Below are positions 49,601 through 57,643 of a stretch of 57,730 nucleotides of DNA, one piece after another (positions within the stretch are counted from its first letter, which is position 1; every line of letters begins with the position of its first letter). Made by a program: the position numbers and the translations under genes. This stretch comes from Christensenellales bacterium (GTDB lineage Bacteria > Bacillota > Clostridia > Christensenellales > UBA3700), in assembly GCA_051883395.1 (NCBI GenBank), contig JBJETQ010000028.1, positions 1 through 57,730 on the forward strand. The letters run 5' to 3'. The notes beneath the pieces are model-generated. The model saw only the letters and a list, made by a program, of their open reading frames with translations, did not search any database and had not been told where the DNA came from.

Positions 49601-49712
49601 CAATTATTGGCTTATGTCTATCATTCCTGCCGTGGCGTTGGTGGGCTTTATCGCTGCTCTGATAGCCGACAAAGTGTCTAAAAACAAAAAGAAACAAAAA
49701 AGAATGAAATGA
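46686..49712 (+). CDS. Large cell-surface protein: lipobox-like signal peptide, M60-like region lacking HEXXH, PA14-like, discoidin/CBM-like domains, C-terminal TM anchor
   Basis: MKKKRIFTVLSVVLALCVGLVFLCGC at the N-terminus. GLYLPAGETISITV (M60-like N-domain pattern). GKYVFYLKSKGLVKVNF...YNYEIYV (PA14-like). C-terminal WLMSIIPAVALVGFIAALIA plus KKKQKRMK. Confidence 0.8.
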   Translation: MKKKRIFTVLSVVLALCVGLVFLCGCKAEEQRLVYNDKVEGRYADGISIVNTVNAPDYAVEYQGKARVEQLMYVDNTVKGLHLTGLYLPAGETISITVSAEVAQKSHKIVINSLTGGQEVVELDSVRTQYTSPTGGRVDIKVDGAVEERNVFEVKISGCVRMPFYRLGVDNDKPQSQDKGWATLDCGNMRFVFPADMLDDINQLDKSLTWWRSAVEAMCMMTGTKFIDGDLSPIIVYVAPEFENSYREWNKSEKYIKISRSAFEGMIDYDCLKTGGAKSLLDILGEMMADGADGYNQGPLAGKLGKVLSNLTYIIMTDNVKDGEYNGIANSYNQLSAVVNGESIESSNIEVFFDGLLHSFGVEKTINALEQYKFTMTQSYEGDKWSKYIEEVSKSCRDGDESKLLFGADLSYYCQWLDMDVSDECKAAIADLPLYVPVQSTYAVGGGESCQTGISLELGQKTVLDFASSLVSPISGWKVESVEGNGWKPTESGKYEYTPSADRLVDEYKVNLTNGELKTTLYGRVTVNVQVASYSVYRDTQYRDVDKAIKGTAGMTPSFAESISKAEVPEESEADESKYSFGVTKGSMQVNESGKYVFYLKSKGLVKVNFGVSEFMFEMFNNYLTVSDYTQELKYEVQLDKDKVYNYEIYVLSTQGGGWATIGIENSTGKIEDLGEKYIVFSNMSADDVVNYDSPVIDIQDIDLHQQVYADYLATRWLVIDAPETKETSANIYLFDDNNATYFEAQQQSDEYVICFDMQSVREIEYLSVGVKTDMLGATVEIETGNDTDNMTVSADGVLTTIDNVFELTESVNCRYVRLTIKKNENFECAISGISVGRIMSESRIVPNTSTDILYQGEWVNINKYSAVNGSLASNADKNCALEYEFYGSMISVYATKDASFGHAKVYIDGKEHSIIDLSSDVARCGERVFLQEFDGMGLHTIKIVPVDDDKINIDYLTVIEGERPAQQAPKFNYWLMSIIPAVALVGFIAALIADKVSKNKKKQKRMK

Positions 49713-49742
49713 GTATTTAATCCGATACGTATCGACATTTTT

Positions 49743-49775
49743 GCGCACCGCAATATTATAGCGGTGCGTTTTGAT
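49743..49775 (+). terminator. Intrinsic terminator
   Basis: CGCACCGC-loop-GCGGTGCG followed by TTTTGATT. Confidence 0.8.
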
Positions 49776-49865
49776 TGTGTAAGCGAATACAAAAACAGGA
49801 GCATACTATAAAGTATGGAGAAGGCGAAGATTTTTGCAAATAAGCCTTGTCGCCCCCTAAAATAT

Positions 49866-49894
49866 TTGACACTCGTCAGTCAAGGGGCTATAAT
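49866..49894 (+). promoter_or_regulatory. Sigma-A promoter for the antiporter gene
   Basis: TTGACA, 17 nt spacer, TATAAT. Confidence 0.6.
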
Positions 49895-49929
49895 TATGAC
49901 GACTAAAAAGGAGATACGAAAGAAATAGT

Positions 49930-51342
49930 ATGGACTACACGTTTTTATTGGTACTGGCAGTAATTCTATTTTCAACAAAACTGTTGGGCATAGCTATGAA
50001 AAAACTCGGCTTGCCACAGGTTTTGGGATATTTGTTGGCAGGTATCATTCTCGGAGCAACGGGGTTGGTAAAAAGGTCGACGGAATTGACGATATTTGCC
50101 ACCATAGGCGTCAACCTGATTATGTTTTCGGCGGGATTGGAAACCAATCTCAAAGAAATTAAAAGGAATGGAGCGGCGTCCGTACTGATTACGTCTCTCG
50201 GAGTTATCGTTCCTATGGTCGTGGGCTTCGGAGTGTCGTGGATAATTCCGGGGCTTGAAATGAAGGAGAGATGGTTTTTCGGAGTTATCCTTACGGCAAC
50301 GTCGGTAGGAATTACTGTTGCTTGTCTCAAAGAATTGGGAGTATTGCACGGCAAAGTGGGAGCGTCGATTATTACGGCGGCCGTGTTGGACGATATTATC
50401 GGTATAGTCATATTGGCGTTTTTTACGGCGGAAGCAAAAGACGAACATCTGGGAGTCAAAATCATCAAGGCTTTCGGCGGAGATATGAGCAATCTGGCAG
50501 GCGTTGCTGTGCTTCTCAACGTGGTATTGTTCTTTGCGATGGGCATAGGACTGGGGCTGCTGGTACACTATGCTTTCAAACTGCTCAGCAAGAGATTTCC
50601 GCATACGAGAAGACTGTCGGCGTTCGGACTTGTTCTTTGCTTTTTGTATGCCGGAGCGGCAGAAAAGTTTTTTGGAGTCGCTGCGATTACGGGTTCTTTC
50701 CTGGCGGGCATGATGCTGTCTAATATGCAGGAGACGGAATACGTGGAAAGAAGGATAGATATAAGCGCATACATGCTCTTTTCACCTATATTCTTTGCAA
50801 ATATAGGTATTTCGCTCGATTACGCTTCGCTTGTCGACAATATCAACGCAAGATTGGTGCTGTTTTCGTTGGCATTTGTGATATGCGGAATGCTGGCAAA
50901 AGTAATAGGTTGCGGAGCAGGTGCGGCGGCATTTAAGTATAAGCCTAACCAGAGTCTGAAAGTCGGCGTGGGCATGATGGTAAGGGGAGAAGTCTGCCTT
51001 ATCGTTGCGCAGACGGGACAAAGAGCAGGAATTATCGATTCGCAGTATTTTCCTGCAATAATATTGCTTATCGTAGCTTCTTCTATCGCTACGCCGTTGA
51101 TACTCAAAGTATTGTTTAAGAAATATCCTAACGAACCGCTTGACGAAAACAAGATAGGCGCAATAGATACGGTTGTCAAGGTTGACGCCGCAATGAGCGA
51201 AGTACGAGACTTTTTGGGCGGAATGGAAGTGAAGAAGATAGAAGTCAAACCCCACACCCAGAGAGAAGCGATGCGGAGCGAGAATAAAGCAGGCGAAAGC
51301 CCGACAGGAGCGGACGATACTCAGAACAAAGAAACGAAATAA
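49930..51342 (+). CDS. Cation:proton antiporter (CPA2 / Na+/H+ exchanger family)
   Basis: 470 aa. FSTKLLGIAMKKLGLPQVLGYLLAGIILG followed by about 12 TM segments and a hydrophilic tail. Confidence 0.9.
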   Translation: MDYTFLLVLAVILFSTKLLGIAMKKLGLPQVLGYLLAGIILGATGLVKRSTELTIFATIGVNLIMFSAGLETNLKEIKRNGAASVLITSLGVIVPMVVGFGVSWIIPGLEMKERWFFGVILTATSVGITVACLKELGVLHGKVGASIITAAVLDDIIGIVILAFFTAEAKDEHLGVKIIKAFGGDMSNLAGVAVLLNVVLFFAMGIGLGLLVHYAFKLLSKRFPHTRRLSAFGLVLCFLYAGAAEKFFGVAAITGSFLAGMMLSNMQETEYVERRIDISAYMLFSPIFFANIGISLDYASLVDNINARLVLFSLAFVICGMLAKVIGCGAGAAAFKYKPNQSLKVGVGMMVRGEVCLIVAQTGQRAGIIDSQYFPAIILLIVASSIATPLILKVLFKKYPNEPLDENKIGAIDTVVKVDAAMSEVRDFLGGMEVKKIEVKPHTQREAMRSENKAGESPTGADDTQNKETK

Positions 51343-51366
51343 TAAAACTTTTGAAGCATAATGTAA

Positions 51367-51402
51367 CGGCATGGCGCAGTATATCGCTATGCCGATTTTT
51401 TT
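51367..51402 (+). terminator. Intrinsic terminator
   Basis: CGGCATGGCG-loop-CGCTATGCCG (one mismatch) followed by ATTTTTTT. Confidence 0.8.
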
Positions 51403-51465
51403 CGTTATTGTATTAGAATAGTAAAAAAAACTTTGACGATAAAATAATAATATGGCAGTATATGC

Positions 51466-51481
51466 AATCTGTTAACAGATT
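51466..51481. promoter_or_regulatory. Perfect 16-nt palindrome (candidate operator)
   Basis: AATCTGTTAACAGATT, about 115 nt upstream of the promoter of the transglutaminase-like gene. Confidence 0.3.
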
Positions 51482-51596
51482 TTAAAAATCAAATGCAAGG
51501 TAATGTCGGAGAAGACAAAATAACGAATATATTGCTATTGAAAAAGGTCGTCGGCGTAACGAAGGAGACAAATTGACGCAAATGTCGGCTTTGGTG

Positions 51597-51625
51597 TTGA
51601 AAAATATTTGCGGGCGTGTTATTAT
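51597..51625 (+). promoter_or_regulatory. Candidate promoter directly abutting the start codon of the 886-aa lipoprotein gene
   Basis: TTGAAA, 17 nt spacer, TGTTATTAT (extended -10). The -10 ends 6 nt before the ATG and there is no SD. Confidence 0.45.
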
Positions 51626-51631
51626 ATTAAT

Positions 51632-54292
51632 ATGAAAAAAGTCGCAAGCGTGTTGATTATTATTACTTTGGCCACTATCCTGTGCGTTTTTGCAGGGTGC
51701 GACTTTTCATCTCAAAAAGAGACTCCGACGCTTGACGCACCACAACTTTCTTTTGACTCCCAGAGTATATCGGTAGAGTGGAATGTGGTAAACAATGCCG
51801 ATATTTATTATGTAAAAGTAACGGAAATAGACGGCGAAGACAGAGTATACAATTACACCGTATATCCGGAAAGTCAGAAGAACTGCAAGCTGAGCGTCGC
51901 TCTCGAACAGTTGGACAACGGTACTTACACGGTAGATATACAGGCAACGGCTCAGGGATATAACAGCGCCAAGGCTTCGATAGAAGTGGTGTTGAGCCAC
52001 AACGCTCCCGACGATACGCCACAGGATATTGAAGAAGAACCTGCCGAAATTATCGACGACAATATTCTTATCAACGAAGATGGCGAATTGTTTTTGCCAC
52101 AGGAGTTATATTACAAGTATTCGACCGACGATTTGGTAATTAATTGTGCCGACGGAGTTACGATAACGGCTTTGAGTGCCGTTGCTTTGGGCGACAATTA
52201 TTCGATAGACGAAGAAGCTCAAACTGTTACCATCTCAAAATACTATCTGTCGCAGTTTTCGGTAGGAGCAAAGATTCCTTTGACGATATACTATGGCACA
52301 GACGGTATGGTCAAGACTTACGTCAACGTGGTCAAGGCGCTTCCTTATTCCTTGTCGGGCAACGTCGTAACCTATACCAAATTGAGCGGAACGGGTTTCA
52401 GCGTCAACATAATAGGTGCAACCAGTAGCTACGACGTGGTAGAAAAGGTGGCAATAGACGACGTTATGCTGAGCAACGATTACGTGGCTTATTCTTATAT
52501 CAGCAACAAATTGACCATATTGGAAAATCCTTTTATCAAAAATCTCAGCGTCGGCGAGCATCAACTGCAAGTCTTTACAAAACGGGGAATGTCTACGGCG
52601 CTACTGATAGTCAAAGTGGGGCTGAAATACGAGCCTTATGACGTCGTGATTGACGGGGATAGCTGTTATCCTAAGACTATGATAACGTGGAGAGACGACG
52701 CAGACGAGATACAAAAATATACCGTAGTTATCAACGGTACGGCGTATAACAGCATAGATTATCCGCATCTTTTTGACGGAAGAAGTTTCGATGCAACGGG
52801 TTTGATAAGTTGCGGCGACAGCGTGGAGATAAAAGCTTACGTCGGACGATACGCATATACGTCTTCGACGGTTTATTCTTACGTTGATCAGGACGACCCT
52901 GTGCAGCAGAAGTATCTGTCGGATAGCTTTGAGTTTTTGGGAGAGCAACATAATCATTATATAAGCAGCAATGCCGAGCTAGTAGATTTTATCTATTATT
53001 ACATACTCCATTATGACGAGTTTGACGCATACGAAACCGATGATACCGCAAGGGATTACAGCAAATGGAAACAGGCTGAAATTTACGTTGCGATAGACGG
53101 CAATGCACCGCAATCCAGTTTATCCGATACCGTACGAAACTGCCTTAAAAAATTCCCGGAAGCCATGAGCGTCAACAGCATGACCATTACCAAGACCATA
53201 AACGGTACAATCAGCAACGAAGTGGTTGTTGCATTGTGGTTGAAGACAGCCACCGTTCCAAATCCCGAAAATACCAATAGTCTGGAAGAACAAAGTTATA
53301 TCGAATACGTCGGCAACGCTCCAAGATACAGCAAGACGGGCAGGGCGGCAGATTATGACGACTTTGCAATCAACAGTATAGAAAAGACGGCTACCATGTC
53401 CACTACTTTTGAACTGTATATGGCTATAGAGAGAGGATACAGACCTACGCCGGTAGCATCAAGCGACGCCGAGCGCATCTATAACAAAGCCAAACAAGTA
53501 CTGCGAGATATTATAGACGACGAAATGGACGACTTTGACAAGGTAAGGGCAATTTACGACTGGTTATCCTGCAACGTCATATATGACCACAAACTGGCTT
53601 CCGATTCCGCCACGGTAGACGAAACAACCAATGCTACGGCGTATTATGCGCTTTTTGGCAACGCCGCATTTTATGCCGAAGGAGTTTTTGACAACGGTCT
53701 TGCGGTATGCAACGGCATAGCTATTGCCTTTGTCATTTTGTGCAGAATAGAAGGTATTGAGTGCTATAAGGTGATAGGAACGTCGGGCAACGTGGGACAC
53801 GCCTGGAACAAGGTAAAAATAGGCGGATATTGGTATATTTGCGACGCTACGTGGGCAAGTAATGCGGTAAACAAGGTAGAGTATCTTGTGGAAGACTATC
53901 TGTTTATGGACAACGAAAAATCTTCTCCCGACAGTAAACATATAGAAACAGCTTCCAGAAGCGGTGGTAGCGAATATTATGCGGGAGATACCAATTATAG
54001 CGTATGGGCAAATACGTGGTTTGTCGATAAAGCGGAAGAAAAGGTTTATGATACCGTGTTGAGAGACAAGGCATATACCGACGCTTTGATAGAAGTGATT
54101 ATTTCTGAGATAGAAAATACTATGGACGTGGGAAGCTTTTATAGAGTGGGAGTAAGTTGCTCGTCGTTAAAGTGGAACGGTATGTACGGCAATAGCATCA
54201 TCAGCACGGCAGATAATGCGTTTGAGATTGTTTATACTACCCATTCGCAGGACTCAACCAAAGGATATATTACTTTTGAACGTAAAAAATAA
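51632..54292 (+). CDS. Large lipoprotein with Fn3/Ig-like repeats and a C-terminal transglutaminase-like cysteine protease core
   Basis: MKKVASVLIIITLATILCVFAGC lipobox. C...H...D core: VCNGIAIAFVILCRIEG ... GHAWNKVKIGGYWYICDATWA. Confidence 0.82.
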   Translation: MKKVASVLIIITLATILCVFAGCDFSSQKETPTLDAPQLSFDSQSISVEWNVVNNADIYYVKVTEIDGEDRVYNYTVYPESQKNCKLSVALEQLDNGTYTVDIQATAQGYNSAKASIEVVLSHNAPDDTPQDIEEEPAEIIDDNILINEDGELFLPQELYYKYSTDDLVINCADGVTITALSAVALGDNYSIDEEAQTVTISKYYLSQFSVGAKIPLTIYYGTDGMVKTYVNVVKALPYSLSGNVVTYTKLSGTGFSVNIIGATSSYDVVEKVAIDDVMLSNDYVAYSYISNKLTILENPFIKNLSVGEHQLQVFTKRGMSTALLIVKVGLKYEPYDVVIDGDSCYPKTMITWRDDADEIQKYTVVINGTAYNSIDYPHLFDGRSFDATGLISCGDSVEIKAYVGRYAYTSSTVYSYVDQDDPVQQKYLSDSFEFLGEQHNHYISSNAELVDFIYYYILHYDEFDAYETDDTARDYSKWKQAEIYVAIDGNAPQSSLSDTVRNCLKKFPEAMSVNSMTITKTINGTISNEVVVALWLKTATVPNPENTNSLEEQSYIEYVGNAPRYSKTGRAADYDDFAINSIEKTATMSTTFELYMAIERGYRPTPVASSDAERIYNKAKQVLRDIIDDEMDDFDKVRAIYDWLSCNVIYDHKLASDSATVDETTNATAYYALFGNAAFYAEGVFDNGLAVCNGIAIAFVILCRIEGIECYKVIGTSGNVGHAWNKVKIGGYWYICDATWASNAVNKVEYLVEDYLFMDNEKSSPDSKHIETASRSGGSEYYAGDTNYSVWANTWFVDKAEEKVYDTVLRDKAYTDALIEVIISEIENTMDVGSFYRVGVSCSSLKWNGMYGNSIISTADNAFEIVYTTHSQDSTKGYITFERKK

Positions 54293-54313
54293 GCAGGTCA
54301 GGACGTAAGAGTT

Positions 54314-54910
54314 ATGAAAAACGAAAGGAAACTAAGGAGAAAGAGTTTTTTTGCCAATCTGAAACAATGCGTAAAGCATAACAAATCAAAACGTGATTTT
54401 TCCGAGCAATATTACGAAATTTGCTCCGACGAAGCGGTGAGAATACGTGTAAATGCCGCAAACGGCATCTTTTCGGAGTTGGGCGGTAAGGAAGATTTGT
54501 CAAGCGATGTTCTTGATTATATAGAAAACAAGGCGTATTACGTGCCTATCGACAGACCACTCAAAATTTGTTTTGCGGGAGTGGATAAAAACGACAGACA
54601 GGCAGTAAAAAAGGCATACGACAAGTATTTTAATCTCAAATTCAACGACAAATGCCTTGATTTGAAAATTTGCTATGCAAAATCAATTGCGCTGATGATT
54701 ATCGGTATTGCTTTCCTTGCGGGCGGCTTGATTGTGGACAGATTTTTCCCAAATATGTTGCTAAGTGAAATACTTACGGTTGCCGCTTCGTTTTCTATGT
54801 GGGAGAGCGTAGACTTCTTTCTTTTGGAACGCTCCAACGTCAAAACGGAGAAGTTGGATACCGCTCAGCTGCTGCTTGCGGAGATAGAATTTGAAGATAA
54901 AAATGAATAA
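54314..54910 (+). CDS. Hypothetical membrane protein (cytoplasmic N-domain plus 2 TM)
   Basis: 198 aa. TM segments IALMIIGIAFLAGGLIV and LLSEILTVAASFSMW. Starts 21 nt after the lipoprotein gene with no terminator between them. Weak SD. Confidence 0.6.
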   Translation: MKNERKLRRKSFFANLKQCVKHNKSKRDFSEQYYEICSDEAVRIRVNAANGIFSELGGKEDLSSDVLDYIENKAYYVPIDRPLKICFAGVDKNDRQAVKKAYDKYFNLKFNDKCLDLKICYAKSIALMIIGIAFLAGGLIVDRFFPNMLLSEILTVAASFSMWESVDFFLLERSNVKTEKLDTAQLLLAEIEFEDKNE

Positions 54911-55038
54911 AATTATTTGATTTTGTTTTGACAAAAATCAGGAAAATGGGAATCAATGTGTGCGTAGACACGACCGTGCTTACGTAGGACAACGGAAGGA
55001 ATAATTTACCAATACGGTGTTTATTGAAACGTCGTATT

Positions 55039-55071
55039 TTTCAAATTGATTTAACAATTGCTTTTTATACT
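55039..55071 (+). promoter_or_regulatory. Candidate response-regulator-dependent promoter
   Basis: TTTCAAATTGATTT (55039-55052), 13 nt, TATACT. The same 14-mer and spacing recur at 57582. Confidence 0.4.
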
Positions 55072-55097
55072 CATATCTGAGCGGAGTATACAGTAAT

Positions 55098-55817
55098 ATG
55101 TTAGCCAGATTAAAAAATCGCCTTAGACAGAATAAATTGACAGGAAAGATGATGGACGACGGCAATTATCGCACGATTATTATGTCGATATGTTCGCTTG
55201 CCGTTGGGATAGCCTATGCTGTTTTCAATATTGCGACAGGCATTATTTATCGTTCTATCTGGTATGGTGCGTTGGCGTGTTATTATATAATGCTTGACGT
55301 AATCAGGGGATATGTATTGATTTATCGCAACAAATCGTCCAATATCAAAAGCGACGGAACCGACGTTTGCGCAGGGCGGCAATATCTTGTGTGCGGAGTC
55401 TTGCTTATCGTAATGACTATTTTTCTTGGCGCTATGGTGTTGCATATAGCTCGGCGCAATATGATTTTTGAATATTCTCTCACCGTAATTTATATGTCGG
55501 CAGGATATACGTTTTTCAGGATAGCGATTTCTTTGACCAATCTCATCAAATCAAGAAAGCAATGCGATTATTATGTCAAAGCTTTGAGACGTATCAACAT
55601 GGCTGCTGCGTTGGTTTCTGTTTTGTCGTTGCAGTCGGCGGCGTTGACGGCTTTTTCAAAAAACGTCAATCAGGTGCTGCTCAATGCGTTGACCGGCGGA
55701 ATCGTGTGTATATTGATTATTTGCATGGGCGGAGTGATGATATTTGAAGCTGCTCTTAGCTTGAACCGCCCGAAAGAACAAAAAAATACGGGCGTTGACA
55801 TCGAAAAAAATCAATAG
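55098..55817 (+). CDS. Hypothetical polytopic (about 6 TM) membrane protein, first gene of the two-component operon
   Basis: 239 aa, hydrophobic throughout. Ends 21 nt before the response regulator gene. Confidence 0.65.
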   Translation: MLARLKNRLRQNKLTGKMMDDGNYRTIIMSICSLAVGIAYAVFNIATGIIYRSIWYGALACYYIMLDVIRGYVLIYRNKSSNIKSDGTDVCAGRQYLVCGVLLIVMTIFLGAMVLHIARRNMIFEYSLTVIYMSAGYTFFRIAISLTNLIKSRKQCDYYVKALRRINMAAALVSVLSLQSAALTAFSKNVNQVLLNALTGGIVCILIICMGGVMIFEAALSLNRPKEQKNTGVDIEKNQ

Positions 55818-55838
55818 TAAAATTGAGACGGAGATGAT

Positions 55839-56519
55839 ATGTTTAAGATATTGGTTGCAGAAGACGACGCAAATTTGAGAAAGGTTGTTGTCGATACTTT
55901 GAAAAATGAAAATTATACGGTCGTCGGCGCTGAAAACGGCAGCGTCGCATTAAATTGTTTTTGCGATGAAAAATTTGATTTGGTAATCACCGACGTTATG
56001 ATGCCGCAAATGGACGGCAATGAGCTTTGTGCATCTATCCGCAATATCGCACCCGATACGCCTATACTTATGCTCACGGCTTTGGAAAGCATTGACGATA
56101 AGGAAAAGAGTTTCAATTCGGGGGCGGACGATTATCTGACCAAACCCTTTGCACTCAAAGAGCTGTTGTTGCGCATAAAAGCACTTTTGAGAAGGTACGG
56201 CGAAGTTTGCGAAAGCAAAATAGTGTTGTCTCACACTATTCTTGATTATTCTGCCAATTGCGCCGTGATTGACGGCAAACAAATCAATCTGACAAAAAAA
56301 GAATTTTTGCTGCTTTTTAAACTGCTGTCCAATCCCAACAAGATTTTTTCCAGAGAACAGCTGATGGACGAAATATGGGGATATGAAAGCGAAAGCGCAG
56401 ACAGAACCGTGGACACACATATCAAGTGGCTCAGAGACAAGACGGAAAACGAAGATTTTCAGATAATAACTATGCGTGGTCTCGGTTATAAGGCGGTGTT
56501 GAATGAAAAAAAGGCATAA
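55839..56519 (+). CDS. OmpR/PhoB family response regulator
   Basis: Receiver LVAEDD...DLVITDVMMPQMDG. Winged helix TVDTHIKWLRDK...RGLGYK. Confidence 0.93.
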   Translation: MFKILVAEDDANLRKVVVDTLKNENYTVVGAENGSVALNCFCDEKFDLVITDVMMPQMDGNELCASIRNIAPDTPILMLTALESIDDKEKSFNSGADDYLTKPFALKELLLRIKALLRRYGEVCESKIVLSHTILDYSANCAVIDGKQINLTKKEFLLLFKLLSNPNKIFSREQLMDEIWGYESESADRTVDTHIKWLRDKTENEDFQIITMRGLGYKAVLNEKKA

Positions 56520-57516
56520 TCTTTCGAGACGACTTATTCTTGCATTGGTGGGTGTTGCCATTGCGGTAATGGCTATTGCGACTATGGCAGGGCTGGCAAT
56601 ATTGAAGATAAAAAACGAAGAAATCAGACTGGGCATTTTGTATATCACGGGCTTGGTTGCCGTTGTCGTTGCATTGGTACTATTTATCGTTGTTGCCAAT
56701 CGTCTTATCGTAAGACGTATCAGACTGCTCAACGACGCTGTGGGAGAAGTATCTCACGGACGATACGATTTGAGTCTGCCGCTCAAAGGCAACGACGAAT
56801 TGACGGAACTGTCGGAAAACTTTAATAAAATGGCAGCGGAATTGCAAGCCAACGCCTTTTTGTCAAAGGATTTTGCACGCTACGTTTCGCACGAATTCAA
56901 GACGCCGTTGTCAGTCATACGAAGTTATGCGGAAGCGGTGCAGATTAATAGCGGCGACAATCAGACCAATCAAAGCATGGACATAATAATTGCAGAGACG
57001 GACAGATTGGCGGAGATGTCAAAAACCATACTGGAATTGTGCAGACTGGATAGCACTACGCTTGTAGAAAAAAACGACGTTTTTTCACCGGCTGAGCAAA
57101 TCAGGTCTATATTATTGTCAACCCAGATTAAATGGAGTGAAAAGAATATAACGATAGAGCCGTTGCTTGAAGAATTCAGTATCACAGGCAACAGCGCTCT
57201 GGTATTCAGAATATGGCAAAATCTCATAAGCAATGCCATCAAATTTACCAATGAAAACGGCAATATAAAAATCGAATTGAATAAAGGGCAGAATGAATTG
57301 GTTTTTATTATATCCGACGACGGAATAGGAATTGCCGATGACGACAAAGATAAGATATTCAATATGTTTTTTACGGGGGACAAATCTCACAACAAGGAAG
57401 GCAGCGGACTCGGTTTGCCGTTGACAAAGAGAATTGTAGAAAAACTGGAAGGAGAAATAACCTTTGCAAGTGAACGCAACAGGGGCAGTACGTTTACTGT
57501 CAGATTGCCACTGTAA
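56503..57516 (+). CDS. Sensor histidine kinase, intramembrane-sensing type
   Basis: Two TM segments joined by a loop of about 10 aa, then HAMP, H-box YVSHEFKTPLSVI, N-box NLISNAIKF, and G-boxes DDGIGI / GSGLGL. 17-nt overlap with the response regulator gene. Confidence 0.92.
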   Translation: MKKRHNLSRRLILALVGVAIAVMAIATMAGLAILKIKNEEIRLGILYITGLVAVVVALVLFIVVANRLIVRRIRLLNDAVGEVSHGRYDLSLPLKGNDELTELSENFNKMAAELQANAFLSKDFARYVSHEFKTPLSVIRSYAEAVQINSGDNQTNQSMDIIIAETDRLAEMSKTILELCRLDSTTLVEKNDVFSPAEQIRSILLSTQIKWSEKNITIEPLLEEFSITGNSALVFRIWQNLISNAIKFTNENGNIKIELNKGQNELVFIISDDGIGIADDDKDKIFNMFFTGDKSHNKEGSGLGLPLTKRIVEKLEGEITFASERNRGSTFTVRLPL

Positions 57517-57536
57517 CAAAATTATGTAAAGTAAAT

Positions 57537-57558
57537 GCGGGCGAAAGCTCGCTTTTTT
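57537..57558 (+). terminator. Intrinsic terminator of the two-component operon
   Basis: GCGGGC-GAAA-GCTCGC followed by TTTTTT. Confidence 0.8.
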
Positions 57559-57581
57559 ATAAATTTTCCGATGTTTTTTTA

Positions 57582-57614
57582 TTTCAAATTGATTTCAAAA
57601 AGCCATTGTATCTT
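57582..57614 (+). promoter_or_regulatory. Second copy of the candidate response-regulator-dependent promoter
   Basis: TTTCAAATTGATTT (57582-57595), 13 nt, TATCTT. ATTTCAAA occurs twice, 11 nt apart (57581 and 57592). Confidence 0.4.
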
Positions 57615-57643
57615 GTAAGTACAAATAGAACAAAAGGTATGGT

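Noticed and set aside
49896-49928. A 10-codon mini-ORF (MTTKKEIRKK) ending 1 nt before the antiporter start.
   Set aside because: Its ATG lies only 2 nt after the -10 hexamer, so it is probably upstream of the transcription start. It has no SD.
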